Virus record (IMG/VR): IMGVR_UViG_3300025196_000011 | Span: 9,030 to 73,029 of that record | DNA: 64,000 nt | Reading direction: 5' to 3' (one strand) | Source: a virus | Taxonomy: Duplodnaviria; Caudoviricetes | Shown: one piece after another, positions 8,001 through 16,986 of the stretch | Position numbering within the stretch: position 1 is the stretch's first letter | Layout: every line of letters begins with the position of its first letter | Program-made: the position numbers and the translations under genes | The notes under the pieces: generated by a model | Database searches by the model: none | The model's input: the letters and a program-made list of their open reading frames with translations, nothing else | What the model was told of the DNA's origin: nothing

Positions 8001-10055
8001 TTGTCGAGCAAAATCGAGTAATTTTTGCATGTAGGCTATAGCGCTATTTTTAGCTAAACCCGCATGACTTGGTATATTATCGGTAGCTTGCACGGGCGCG
8101 GCCTCACCGTTTATCAACGCCCATAAGGCGCTGCGGCGGTCGCTCAATTCGGGCGTTAGGCCGGTTTTATTGGCGTCGTTAATGCTTTTTGCTTCGGCTA
8201 TCCATTCAGCGTTACCGGTACGCATGGCGGCAAGGTATAAGTGCTCACCGTGCATATTTACATCTTCAAGCGCGGCGCTTAGTTTGTAAAACTGCTTTTC
8301 GGTTAAGGCTTTAACATCGGCCACGGTTGCGGTTGCAATCCAAAAGCTATAATCATCAAAATCTTCATTGGCCGCCTTGGTAATCATGGCATCAATATCG
8401 CTTTTGCCACTTGCCGGCGTGGCTTTTGGTGCGCTGTCATCGGCAAAAACCTCGGTCGCTGGCGCGCCCATTTGGCCGTCGTCGGTCATAATGAAGATAT
8501 TTTGGCCAACCATGCCTCTAAACGTGCCTTTCATTTCGCCAATCTCATTACGCCAAACAACGGGGTCGCCTACTGAGAATGGCGGTACTTCATTGTTTGC
8601 GCTATTGCTCAGCACGTCCGGCGCTGGCTCGTCGTTCAGTAAGTTATAAGTATCGTAAGGCGCTAGATATTCGACAAATTCAGCGTTGGCGCGGATAGAT
8701 TCCAAACGCTTAGCAAGCATTTTTTCGATAATGTCGTTAGCGGATGCGCTTGGCTCAGCGCCATTGTTTTTGTAGAACTGTGTTACCTCGTCAAACTGCA
8801 TGGCCAAGACGCGCTCACGTTCGCGCTTCTCTTTTTGCTCTTTTTCAGTCATTTCGGGCGGCGTGGTCGGCTCTTCTGCTTTTTTGGCCATAGCGGCATC
8901 AATAGCAGCATTTAAGCCGGCAATGTCAGTATCGAGCTGGTTAATCTCGCCTTGTTTGGCATCAACCAGCGCTTGGGCGTCTTGCAACTCTTGTTCAAGC
9001 GCGGCGGCGCGGTCTTGCGCGGCTTTGAATTTCTTAGAATTTTTGCGGGCAACGCGCATGATACGGGCGGCCAAGACGGGAAGCTGTACGTTATCGCCTT
9101 GCTTTGGTGACAATACGGCGGTCACGTCACGCTTGTTTAACATCCATTTCCAACTAATCATCACGTCATCAGCTTTTAACTGCGATGGGGTGCTATCGGG
9201 GTTATGAAACCATATCGATAATTTTTGGCCGTCCGATAGGTCAAAAACAAACGCAATATTCGTCACGCCTTGGCGCTTAAATGGCTTTGTTTCGGTGACA
9301 TTGGTAACAGATAGCTCAGCGTCGCCCGCGCGGCTCATGGCGTTAAATAAGCGGTCTTTTAGTAGCGTTAAACGAACTTTTTTATCCATCAAGGCATCAA
9401 AGCTATGCTCTTCTGCGCCTAGTAATTCAAGCTCGCGCACAAGGTTTAACGGCTCTAATAACTGCTTATGGCCATCGGCGCGGATTAGGTCAAGAAATAG
9501 CGCTGAATCGCTGCCACCATGACTAACAAGGCCGTCCATGCTATCCCACTGCACGGCGTCAAACGTCACGCGCGCCGCCTCAAAATTTAGCTCTTGGGCG
9601 GTGACAACGGGCAAGTAAGATTTGTTTTGTGAGGGATTGGCCAATAACTTATTGATGGCGTCAAGTGACCATGTATCAGGCTTATCATCGCTTAAGCTGT
9701 CAAACTGTGGATTGGTGACAATCACGCAATTATCGCCGCGCAAGCGGTGCAATTGACTGTCGGCTACTTGCTTGGCGTGTAGGCTGTCAAACGCGCCGCC
9801 AATAACCATCGTATCGACATAACGGCGGTTGCTGTCAAAAACGTTGGCAACGTGCCAGCTATCATCGCCGCTGCCAATTGACGCATCAAAGCCCATGCCA
9901 TCAAAGCCGGCTTGGTCTGCAATCACGGCCAAAAGCTCGCGGTTTTTGCCATCGATAACGCCTGTCTCATAGCGGCTATAGCGGGCAATCTCACGGCCGT
10001 TGTCGTCGCGGCTCTTATGGTTGGTGTTGGCTTTATTTACTGGAATATACGTCAT
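5004..10055 (-). CDS. darA: DarA-like internal head protein, expanded to 1683 aa (start refined to ATG 10055)
   Basis: FDLSDGQKLSIWFHNP...WKWMLNKRDVT...KNSKKFKAAQ matches the P1 DarA N-domain as recalled; helical C-terminus; ATG 10094 overlaps the -10 element so 10055 is preferred. Confidence 0.85.
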   Translation of the reverse strand: MTYIPVNKANTNHKSRDDNGREIARYSRYETGVIDGKNRELLAVIADQAGFDGMGFDASIGSGDDSWHVANVFDSNRRYVDTMVIGGAFDSLHAKQVADSQLHRLRGDNCVIVTNPQFDSLSDDKPDTWSLDAINKLLANPSQNKSYLPVVTAQELNFEAARVTFDAVQWDSMDGLVSHGGSDSALFLDLIRADGHKQLLEPLNLVRELELLGAEEHSFDALMDKKVRLTLLKDRLFNAMSRAGDAELSVTNVTETKPFKRQGVTNIAFVFDLSDGQKLSIWFHNPDSTPSQLKADDVMISWKWMLNKRDVTAVLSPKQGDNVQLPVLAARIMRVARKNSKKFKAAQDRAAALEQELQDAQALVDAKQGEINQLDTDIAGLNAAIDAAMAKKAEEPTTPPEMTEKEQKEKRERERVLAMQFDEVTQFYKNNGAEPSASANDIIEKMLAKRLESIRANAEFVEYLAPYDTYNLLNDEPAPDVLSNSANNEVPPFSVGDPVVWRNEIGEMKGTFRGMVGQNIFIMTDDGQMGAPATEVFADDSAPKATPASGKSDIDAMITKAANEDFDDYSFWIATATVADVKALTEKQFYKLSAALEDVNMHGEHLYLAAMRTGNAEWIAEAKSINDANKTGLTPELSDRRSALWALINGEAAPVQATDNIPSHAGLAKNSAIAYMQKLLDFARQDWTPSANYEDVKDWSTDDLIALRQKDEKALEDEKQEVLKRAGHVYHNKSYKKDADEIQDLGNQINAAYERTPYGDKPSQSQQLFAYWKDIAKKHHEAKKEAANQTAPEPVDDTVDDTIPSKTVAIRDALDVLKNDVFKGQTDKVLMYTLNDAGDIVHWSFIKASSKSAQTRFTNKHLYEAGVKTVMTANIPDNIQAAARQLETLGYTIDYSDPEGFTSDDYTVGDVYEMKRKDVFGNSAVEPDDTIIMEFTEWLFLRRGEDAAKLRLATLSGSNSVNLTVAEMDAIVSRGDARRLTQPEIDAAREFEDTKLISTYVNNKGRVLAEVFLQEGVYDIKSSDGSSLGLADVGQVTEKLKAIKSRNASMKHQSGQDFLRDDGGKTYPPVEYDEEEREYIAYMNNKKVDKWTAYQVSGGDWAVVADNAQSRAFNSWNPKYFDNVDQLLAAYPAFKGIKALIAQAEQDDYESIDSSRFPSMFLERHADKLQTLGITDDDIQYRHDDDSDNLYVEAGIFKDKTLNYTDAVCNVVDAAISLYADVAVSDFNATVYQDSLFDSLTSQSKPTYGVTVQIVKFDATVRAKIDIDGTCEILQGASGEDVVATIKHRYTENTQPYIDAIDKAFQAQSDKKAADAAALQAEIDKKEAENMKNTVQTNSSNEPKTYPPVEYLGEGRYRAYKDASKKEYWTASRINGVSKNPFAVTANFEGGVTEENKSKTYKWDEELIAAYPAFQSIKNIHKLVGVSEEDWPLFTELDNDRYRAYKDASKKDHWTMSYDEYGQYWVIDPNFDGDLDRGFKFSDINDLLQSYPEFAGVDKVIKAKADAAKAENGSAYKRADSYDNDAWNKNRKPNAREQLIIDAVKQALNEGINASYAIQERVAEILNVSQEDIKFRAEITANRKGEFNTDIREAINYIERSATPTNSSDDNSELSKQLADLESAVNAEGFNPADFDTKGFIELVTATADDAELTARVMAISSVYQQKLVAASMAAMTSLAGGA

Positions 10056-10092
10056 GTCGCTGTACCTGTGTTTAAATGAATAAGATGGCTTC

Positions 10093-10132
10093 ATTTTGAC
10101 AAGTTTTAGCGCTCACGCTTTAGGGGTGTTCC
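10093..10132 (-). promoter_or_regulatory. Late promoter (darA-lysis operon)
   Basis: GGAACACC 10125-10132, 26 nt, CAAAAT. Confidence 0.75.
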
Positions 10133-10147
10133 ATGGTGGGCGGCCAT

Positions 10148-10172
10148 AAAAAAACCCGCCGGTTAAGGCGGG
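10148..10172 (-). terminator. Intrinsic terminator
   Basis: CCCGCC-ttaacc-GGCGGG followed by T7 on minus strand. Confidence 0.75.
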
Positions 10173-10180
10173 CAAAAAAA

Positions 10181-10798
10181 TCAGCGCTCAAACATCATCG
10201 GGCGCAATTTTTGAAAGCTGATTGTCTCCTTGATAATCTCACTGCGGCCGGCACTGCTTACCTCTGTCCGGCCACTTTTTGCGCACACAATCCACGAACG
10301 GGCAACCGGTGCAATATGGTTGTTTTTTTTATTATGAATAAGGCCTATCGTGACTTTAAACGCATACTTTTGCGGCTCGTTGACCGTGCCATCAGCGTTA
10401 AAAATCAGCTTATGGCACGCTCGATAAGATTTAAAAATATCGCCGTTCAATGTCTCAATAAACGTCATATCCATTTCACTATCGGTTTTTTGGGTCATAT
10501 AGCCGGCCGGTAGCGCGCCCGCGTAAAACGTTTCCGCCTCGCCGCTGCCAAACGATAGCTCAGCTTCGGTGACAAGATAGGTCAATGTTTTGTCTTTAAA
10601 CCACGGTATATCGCCTTTGATATTAAAGATATTTTCAATCTTAACCATATACATACACTGCAAAAGCACGTCATGCGCTTTGGTTTCGCCGTAAATCTTT
10701 TTAAGCTGCATTAGGCCGGCATTATCAACGCCAAGGGCTTGCTTGGCGGCCTTGTTGGTGGCGTTGAGTAGCTCGGTTACTCTGTTATCAATAATCAT
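10181..10798 (-). CDS. Tail tube-like/baseplate protein (start refined to ATG 10798)
   Basis: MDMTFIETLNGDI and EIIKETISFQ motifs resemble the tube protein at 15528-16154. Confidence 0.5.
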   Translation of the reverse strand: MIIDNRVTELLNATNKAAKQALGVDNAGLMQLKKIYGETKAHDVLLQCMYMVKIENIFNIKGDIPWFKDKTLTYLVTEAELSFGSGEAETFYAGALPAGYMTQKTDSEMDMTFIETLNGDIFKSYRACHKLIFNADGTVNEPQKYAFKVTIGLIHNKKNNHIAPVARSWIVCAKSGRTEVSSAGRSEIIKETISFQKLRPMMFER

Positions 10799-12401
10799 CG
10801 TCGTCATCATCCAATAGGTCATCAGGTACGTCATCATCATGCGGCGCGCCCGCTGGCATAGCGTCGCCCTGCATTGGCGCGCCGTTGGCATCAAGCAATG
10901 GCTGGGCGGTGACTGAGGTGGCTATTTTTTCGGCCAATTCAATGTCATAACCCATGCTGTCCTCTAAAATTAGCTGGACAGTCTCTTTGTCAAGCCCTAA
11001 TTCTTTTAACATTTGGATAGCCTGAGCTTGCACCGTGGTCGTATTGGCGCGGTTTTGCTTGTTATTGAGCGCCTGAGTAGCGGCGGCGTTTTGGTCGCTG
11101 TAGAAGTCAAATTGCCAAGGGTATTCATTGGAATTAAAGTATTCACCGTGCTTAATACCCCAATGAATAGACATAAGGTGATTAAAGGCGTCGATACATG
11201 CTTGTCTAATCAAGGTTGACCGGCGCATGATTTGCGCTGACGTGTGAAAGGCTGCCCCATCACCAAGCCCGCCCGCCAGCATGTCCGCCCACCCCATCAA
11301 TGATAAATCGATACCAAGCCCGCCCGCCAAGCGGCGCAAGTTGAGCATTAATAAGCCCTCGTTTAGCGGCATATTGCGCTGCGATAAGTCACCAACGGAT
11401 TGCAAAATCTGCTTTTCGCTCCATTGCGGCATGATATGGTATTTAGTGCCGTATAAGGCCTCGCCGCCCTTAAACGCCTCTTCAATTTGGCCGCGGTAAT
11501 TGGTCAACATTTTAACAATGCTTGCGCGGTATTTCTTTTGCTGGTTTGGCGGCATACCCTCCATGTTGATTGTTAAAAACGCCTGTTTAACGCTGTCTGC
11601 AATCTGTTGGTTATTGAGGCCGGCGCGGCTAATGGTCACGTCCTGCCAAGGCTCTTCAATCGGGTATAAGAATGAGCCGCCCACCTCGGCCGGTAAAATC
11701 GGGTTGTCGCTGCGCTTGTCGTAAATCAACGTCTTTTTGTCCTGCCATACCTGCATTGGCATTTGTGGCACGGTTTCAATACGCGGCATACGAACCCGCA
11801 ATAACTGCTTAGGGGTCAATTTAGCGATAGTACGCTCCCTGTCCTCTTCTTCTAGCGCATGAAAGCCCACGGTCGCGCCCGCCTGTTCAAACGGCATAAT
11901 CAGCGGCGGGAATGTATGGCGGTTATTCATCAGGCCGACAACGCCTTTTTTGTCGTCGGTATAGATACGCGCATAGCTATCACCAAAGCCGATAGCTTGG
12001 CGGGCAAGTGAGAACGCATAGCGGTTGATAATGGGCGCGATGATACGGGCTTCGCGCTCTACCTTATCGCGCAATTCCTTAGCACGGCGGCCTTGCCCGC
12101 GCACGCGCTCATGCGGGGTTATAAAAATCATGTCGCCGGTTGTCTCATGGCCACCAAGCGCGGCGGTAACGTGCAAGCTCAGCGCCTCTGCTATCTGTGG
12201 GTCTTTTTGCATAATCTCCCACATGGTAAAAATTTGCTGACGGGTGCGCGGTAGCTTGTCCCTGCTGGTGAACGTGCCAAGCTCCATCTGATTCATGGCC
12301 TCATACTGCGCATTGACGTCGTTAATCGTACCTGTCACCGCTGATTGTCTGCTTTGGCGTTCGTCAATGAGCAAGCCCGCCATGGTTTTAAAAAGATTCA
12401 T
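10788..12401 (-). CDS. Portal protein (P1 Prt/T4 gp20-like)
   Basis: 537 aa; WEIMQKDPQIAEALSLHVTAAL N-terminal portal motif; acidic tail. Confidence 0.75.
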   Translation of the reverse strand: MNLFKTMAGLLIDERQSRQSAVTGTINDVNAQYEAMNQMELGTFTSRDKLPRTRQQIFTMWEIMQKDPQIAEALSLHVTAALGGHETTGDMIFITPHERVRGQGRRAKELRDKVEREARIIAPIINRYAFSLARQAIGFGDSYARIYTDDKKGVVGLMNNRHTFPPLIMPFEQAGATVGFHALEEEDRERTIAKLTPKQLLRVRMPRIETVPQMPMQVWQDKKTLIYDKRSDNPILPAEVGGSFLYPIEEPWQDVTISRAGLNNQQIADSVKQAFLTINMEGMPPNQQKKYRASIVKMLTNYRGQIEEAFKGGEALYGTKYHIMPQWSEKQILQSVGDLSQRNMPLNEGLLMLNLRRLAGGLGIDLSLMGWADMLAGGLGDGAAFHTSAQIMRRSTLIRQACIDAFNHLMSIHWGIKHGEYFNSNEYPWQFDFYSDQNAAATQALNNKQNRANTTTVQAQAIQMLKELGLDKETVQLILEDSMGYDIELAEKIATSVTAQPLLDANGAPMQGDAMPAGAPHDDDVPDDLLDDDDDDY

Positions 12402-12418
12402 TATTGCCGCCTGATTGT

Positions 12419-13048
12419 TTATTGTGGGGTGCTTGTCGTACCGCCGCCGGTATCAACGCCGCCATGTTTATGAGATTTTAGCGATATACCGCCGGCCTTT
12501 ATGTCGCCTGTGGCGCTGATACTGCCGTTAATGGTTTGATTGCCATGTGACACGCTTTCACCGGTTACGGTATGGCTGCCGTTAATGGCTTGATTGCCTT
12601 GTATGGTGGCGTGGCCGGTTTGGCTGCTGTCGCCCTTGTGGGTTACGTTGCCCTTGATTAAAACCTCGCCCTCAATGGTGACTTGGCCGGCCTTGATAAA
12701 AACTAAGTCGCTGGCGGTTATCGTCACCTTGGCGCGCGCCAATAGCTCGATATTTTCTTGCCTGATACGGCGCACGTTTACGGCCGCGCGGCCTTGGCCA
12801 TGACGACGGTAAAAAGCAATGACCGGCATTGAGGTGTCGCCTTGCTCAAAAAACACCCACACATCAGCGCCGGCTATCAATTCGCGCTCAGTGTCTAAGT
12901 CATCATCACCGATAGGATAGGCAAGCATGGCGGTGATACCGTCCTCAACGCCGTCCGTTAGGCCGGCTATGCTGACCTTAGCGGTGCGATTGGTACTATC
13001 GTAGCTAACCAAGGTCGCGGGGTGCATGTAAGGGGTTATATGGCTCAT
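12419..13048 (-). CDS. Baseplate spike (gpV/gp5-like)
   Basis: OB-fold start (ATLVSYD...AKV), beta-helix repeats, C-terminal SLKSHKHGGV HxH metal motif. Confidence 0.85.
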   Translation of the reverse strand: MSHITPYMHPATLVSYDSTNRTAKVSIAGLTDGVEDGITAMLAYPIGDDDLDTERELIAGADVWVFFEQGDTSMPVIAFYRRHGQGRAAVNVRRIRQENIELLARAKVTITASDLVFIKAGQVTIEGEVLIKGNVTHKGDSSQTGHATIQGNQAINGSHTVTGESVSHGNQTINGSISATGDIKAGGISLKSHKHGGVDTGGGTTSTPQ

Positions 13049-13935
13049 TTGGTGTTCTCAATTTGTGCAAGCCATGCTTTTGTCGCCATGACGGTTTGGC
13101 CGCCAAGTGCGCCGGTATCGTATCGATGGGCGGCGGTTAAAACGACTAGCCGTTGGTCGTCTACTTCTATCAACTTGCCGGCGTCTAGGCGTTCATCAAG
13201 CTGGCGGGTTATGGTGGCTTTGGTGATTAAAATGCGGCGCAAATTTTGTAATTCGCGGTTATCGGCGCGGGGGTAGTAGCGGATAGAACGCTCAGCGCGC
13301 GCCGTGCCTAAAATGGTCGAGCCGTCATCATCAATCGATAGATAATTGGTATTGCTGTGTCTTACGGCGTTGGGGTGCTCTACCCACTGAACCGCGCTTT
13401 TATCAAATAAAATGGCCTCGCCGCTCATAAGCTCGTTAAGGCGGATAACTTCCATGCCATTGTCAGTGTGACAAATAATAGCCGCTTCCTTTTGCAAGGC
13501 GGCGGCTATGGGGGCGGTTGGTAGCTGGCCTTTTAAGCAAACAAAGCTGCTCAGCTTAACGTCACGCTTGATTCTGAGCTTAGCGCCAAGCGCGCGGTAA
13601 ACCTCGTTAAAACTGGTGTTTTCTAAACTAACCGCCTTTTTGGTCACGCCCAAAAGCGGCTCGCAACCGGCCATGACAGCGATGATATGAATAGCGCCAA
13701 TGCGGCGGCCGGCCTTAACGGATTGCTCGTTAATCACTTGTGACTTAACAATTACCAAGGGAACGCCTTTAGGGGTGGCCAATTGGCGGCCGATGGTAAA
13801 TAATTGGCTCAAACGCTCGTCCGCCTTTACCACCGCCTCAAGCGTTACCGGTACGGGTACAAAGTCAGTGCGATAGATGGCGCTAATCAAGTCATCGCCG
13901 CCTATCGTGCTGCCGTCCTCTAACTGTATATTCAT
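13045..13935 (-). CDS. Baseplate hub (gp27/gpD-like)
   Basis: Coupled upstream of the spike gene; size and position. Confidence 0.6.
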   Translation of the reverse strand: MNIQLEDGSTIGGDDLISAIYRTDFVPVPVTLEAVVKADERLSQLFTIGRQLATPKGVPLVIVKSQVINEQSVKAGRRIGAIHIIAVMAGCEPLLGVTKKAVSLENTSFNEVYRALGAKLRIKRDVKLSSFVCLKGQLPTAPIAAALQKEAAIICHTDNGMEVIRLNELMSGEAILFDKSAVQWVEHPNAVRHSNTNYLSIDDDGSTILGTARAERSIRYYPRADNRELQNLRRILITKATITRQLDERLDAGKLIEVDDQRLVVLTAAHRYDTGALGGQTVMATKAWLAQIENTK

Positions 13936-14018
13936 GCTAGCGCCTGTTGTTGTTTTTACTCAAATAAGCCATCGCCTAGCAATGGCTTAATTTAGTAAAA
14001 TCAGTAATTGCTTAGTCT

Positions 14019-14492
14019 TTATGCTAGGTAGGTAATTAAAGCAAAGCATACTTTACCTACATGCTCTGAATCTGGTATGTTTACGGTAAGGGTGTCGTTC
14101 AGCATGTAGGATTGACTGCCATAATACTGACCAGTTTGGTCATAGTTTTCGTTAAAAATCCCGCCATCAGGGTGTCGAAAACAAATCCGATAACCTAATA
14201 TTTTTTCAAAATGAATACCGCTTATAGGGATATTGTTATTACCGGTTTGTGCTGTAAATTGAAGCAATCTAGTTTTAATCTCACGGCCATCATCTAAAAA
14301 CGTGCCAGCGGCCGGCGCTGGGGTTGTACCGTCGCCCGCTTCCGGTTCGGTCGGTGCTGGCGGCGTTACCGGTTCAAGCGCGGCAATCTTATCTTGCACA
14401 AACTGCTTTAGCGCCTCGTTGCTATTCAAAATCTCTTGGCCAATCAAAGCGCCAATCTCGTCAATCTGTGCTTGGGTGTAATAAGCGGTCAT
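14019..14492 (-). CDS. Hypothetical virion protein with Pro-rich linker
   Basis: Helical N-terminus, PVTPPAPTEP linker, beta-rich C-domain. Confidence 0.55.
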   Translation of the reverse strand: MTAYYTQAQIDEIGALIGQEILNSNEALKQFVQDKIAALEPVTPPAPTEPEAGDGTTPAPAAGTFLDDGREIKTRLLQFTAQTGNNNIPISGIHFEKILGYRICFRHPDGGIFNENYDQTGQYYGSQSYMLNDTLTVNIPDSEHVGKVCFALITYLA

Positions 14493-14504
14493 TTCTTAAT
14501 CCTT

Positions 14505-14732
14505 TTATACTTCGGGGGTTGGTGCGACAAGCGCCGCGTTAAATGCCGCTTCAAACGACGTTATATCTGTAGCGGCGGTAATATTACTCAAGCCATCAAG
14601 TTTTTGCTTGTCGGCATCGGTGAATACGTTGGTATTTTCATTCGATTCATACTTGGTTTTAATGCTGGCGGCCGTTTCACTTGCGCCGCCGGTTGCCGTG
14701 GTAGGACTTCCAAAATCTTGCGACATAATCAA
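14505..14732 (-). CDS. Small fibre-like virion protein
   Basis: NVFTDADKQKLDGL motif common in phage fibre proteins. Confidence 0.5.
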   Translation of the reverse strand: MIMSQDFGSPTTATGGASETAASIKTKYESNENTNVFTDADKQKLDGLSNITAATDITSFEAAFNAALVAPTPEV

Positions 14733-14734
14733 TC

Positions 14735-15004
14735 CTATTTAACAATTATTACGGTTTGCTCTTTGTCTGCATTGCTAGCATTTAAGCGCAACCACACCGG
14801 CGCGGCATGGTTAAAATTAATATGCTGGCTCAGCGACATACGGATAAAAACATCGGTATCATCGGCCGGCTCAGTGCCACCAATAACAACGTCAAACAAC
14901 GCTTTGCTGTAATTATTCCTATCGCTTGCTGATTGCACGGTACAAGCGCCATCAGCAACCTTTATCCATGCGCCTGTAATCACTTGTTTTGTTGTATCTG
15001 CCAT
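14735..15004 (-). CDS. Hypothetical protein
   Basis: ORF in late operon. Confidence 0.55.
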   Translation of the reverse strand: MADTTKQVITGAWIKVADGACTVQSASDRNNYSKALFDVVIGGTEPADDTDVFIRMSLSQHINFNHAAPVWLRLNASNADKEQTVIIVK

Positions 15005-15030
15005 AACTTACTCGCTGTTTTTTTAACTGG

Positions 15031-15516
15031 TTATAAAATCCATTGCCAAAATAAATCATCGCGCTTGCGCTCGGTGTTCGGCACTTCAACGCTAAATGGC
15101 TGGCACTGGAACGCCTCTTTTTTCATAACTTCAACGGCGTCCTTATAAAGCTGCAAAGCCTCGCTGGTCATCATGCCGGTTTGCTGAACGCCAAGGCCTT
15201 GCGCGCCCTCCATGCGGCGGGCTTGCACAAGGTCGCAATGCGCACGTACCATCGGCTCAATAATCAGCCAGTCATCAACGCCCAAAACGGTATTGGCGGT
15301 TATGGTCAATAGCGGCTTGTCATCAGCGCTATCGCTTGGATAGTGCTGTAACTCGCCTGACCAGCCGGCGTATTTTTTGGTATTGGTGATTAAGACTTTG
15401 ACCACATCGCGAAGCCGTACTGACGAACCGGTCGTTAATAGCTCGTCGTACAACTCTTGGGCGGCGTCTTGTATCGTGCCGATAACGTGGGTAGCATCTG
15501 TATCGCTTGTGCTCAT
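15031..15516 (-). CDS. Putative head-tail/morphogenesis protein
   Basis: Directly downstream of tube gene. Confidence 0.45.
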   Translation of the reverse strand: MSTSDTDATHVIGTIQDAAQELYDELLTTGSSVRLRDVVKVLITNTKKYAGWSGELQHYPSDSADDKPLLTITANTVLGVDDWLIIEPMVRAHCDLVQARRMEGAQGLGVQQTGMMTSEALQLYKDAVEVMKKEAFQCQPFSVEVPNTERKRDDLFWQWIL

Positions 15517-15527
15517 TACGTCACCTA

Positions 15528-16154
15528 TTAGCCGAAAATGGTTACATCGCCTGAGCCGGACACGGGCATAAGGCTGCCAAACTTATCAAGCGCATTGGTT
15601 AGGGCATTGGCAAAAATATCGGTTTTATTGCCATCGATACCCAACTTGCCGCCTTGGCCAAAATAGTTATACCGGCATGACGCATTGACCTGCAAAATCT
15701 GACTACGGCTTGCCGCATCAATCTCACCGCCGCCATCTGAAAAGGTAATCGCACAGTCGATAAGCTCGTATTCACGCAAGCCTTTAATGTTATCGCCATC
15801 ATCGACAAAGCCGTCATAAACGCGGGCAAGTGGAATCACGCCGCCGTGCTTGTTTACTAAATCCTCAGCAAACTTTGAGATAACGCCGCTTTCGGTTTCA
15901 ATAAACGTCCATTGGCTCTCAAAATTGGTCTTACGCACACCAGCGGCATGAGCTTGTAAGCCGCGCGCAAGGTCTACGTCGGCGGTATCATGGTGCGTGG
16001 TAATTGGGCGTTGAAAGTTTTGAATGAGCATGTATAGGTTTTCATAGCCTTGGATAACCAAGACGGCGTTACATGCCAGCATGGCCGCGCCTAGCGACTT
16101 CATGGTTTCATATTGCTTGCGATAAGCGGTTAGGCTTGGGGTACGGGTTTTCAT
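15528..16154 (-). CDS. Tail tube protein (P1 Tub-like)
   Basis: IQGYENLYMLIQNFQRP...FIETESG...ELIDC...NASCRYNY aligns to P1 tube as recalled. Confidence 0.8.
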   Translation of the reverse strand: MKTRTPSLTAYRKQYETMKSLGAAMLACNAVLVIQGYENLYMLIQNFQRPITTHHDTADVDLARGLQAHAAGVRKTNFESQWTFIETESGVISKFAEDLVNKHGGVIPLARVYDGFVDDGDNIKGLREYELIDCAITFSDGGGEIDAASRSQILQVNASCRYNYFGQGGKLGIDGNKTDIFANALTNALDKFGSLMPVSGSGDVTIFG

Positions 16155-16189
16155 AAATAGGCCTTATCGGTATGTTAAGTGATAGGCTT

Positions 16190-16229
16190 ATTCTGACAAG
16201 TTTTAGGGGGTAGGCTTTAGGGGTGTTCC
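16190..16229 (-). promoter_or_regulatory. Late promoter (tube operon)
   Basis: GGAACACC 16222-16229, 26 nt, CAGAAT. Confidence 0.75.
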
Positions 16230-16243
16230 ATCGGGGAATAAAC

Positions 16244-16274
16244 AAAAAAAAGCCCCGCCAGTCTCCTAGCGGGG
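16244..16274 (-). terminator. Intrinsic terminator
   Basis: CCCCGC stem with T-run on minus strand. Confidence 0.7.
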
Positions 16275-16356
16275 TTATCTAAACTAAGTCACCTATGCGG
16301 TGATAAAATTCTTAATGTCATAAACCACCTACGCGGCGGCAAGGTTATTATACCAC

Positions 16357-16986
16357 TTAATACGGCGAAAAGTTAGCCACTTGGTATAGCTCGCCGGCCA
16401 CCGCTACCACAAAATCAAGCGGGCGGGTTTCAACGCCGACGGCCACTTCGGGTACAACGTGCCAAGGCACAAGGCGGGTAATGGTCGGCGCAAGCTCTGA
16501 TAGCTCCGCAATGTCTACGCTTACGTCCATTTTGATACGCACGCGGCTGGTCAAAAAGCGGTTTTGGCCTTTGGTTTCAGCGACAAAACGCGGGTAGCTG
16601 GCGGCCAATTCTTTTGAGTGCCATAACGGGATAACCTTGTTTTGGTTGGGGTATAGCATATCGAGCACAAATTGCAAAAAGCCCACGCCGCGCTCGCTGG
16701 CAATGGCCGTCCAGTTGGAATAGATGACGCCCATTAACTTATCGGACAAGCCGCCATCGTCACGCCTGAGCACGGCAAGGCCGTTTAGCTTGGTGAAGCG
16801 CTCTACCACGTTGCGGCTACCTTGCCACGGTACGCCATAGTTATATATGTCGTTAAACTGCTCTATCTGTAAATCTTGCACGATACCGGTAAAAATACCG
16901 GCCATGGCGCGCTCTAATTCATTGGCGGCATGGCTGTGCAAAATTGGTGATAAAAAGTCATCGGCGTTTAAGGTTACATTGTCCAT
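16357..16986 (-). CDS. Baseplate wedge protein (gpI/gp7-like)
   Basis: Follows J-like gene; RGVGFLQFVLDML pattern. Confidence 0.6.
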   Translation of the reverse strand: MDNVTLNADDFLSPILHSHAANELERAMAGIFTGIVQDLQIEQFNDIYNYGVPWQGSRNVVERFTKLNGLAVLRRDDGGLSDKLMGVIYSNWTAIASERGVGFLQFVLDMLYPNQNKVIPLWHSKELAASYPRFVAETKGQNRFLTSRVRIKMDVSVDIAELSELAPTITRLVPWHVVPEVAVGVETRPLDFVVAVAGELYQVANFSPY

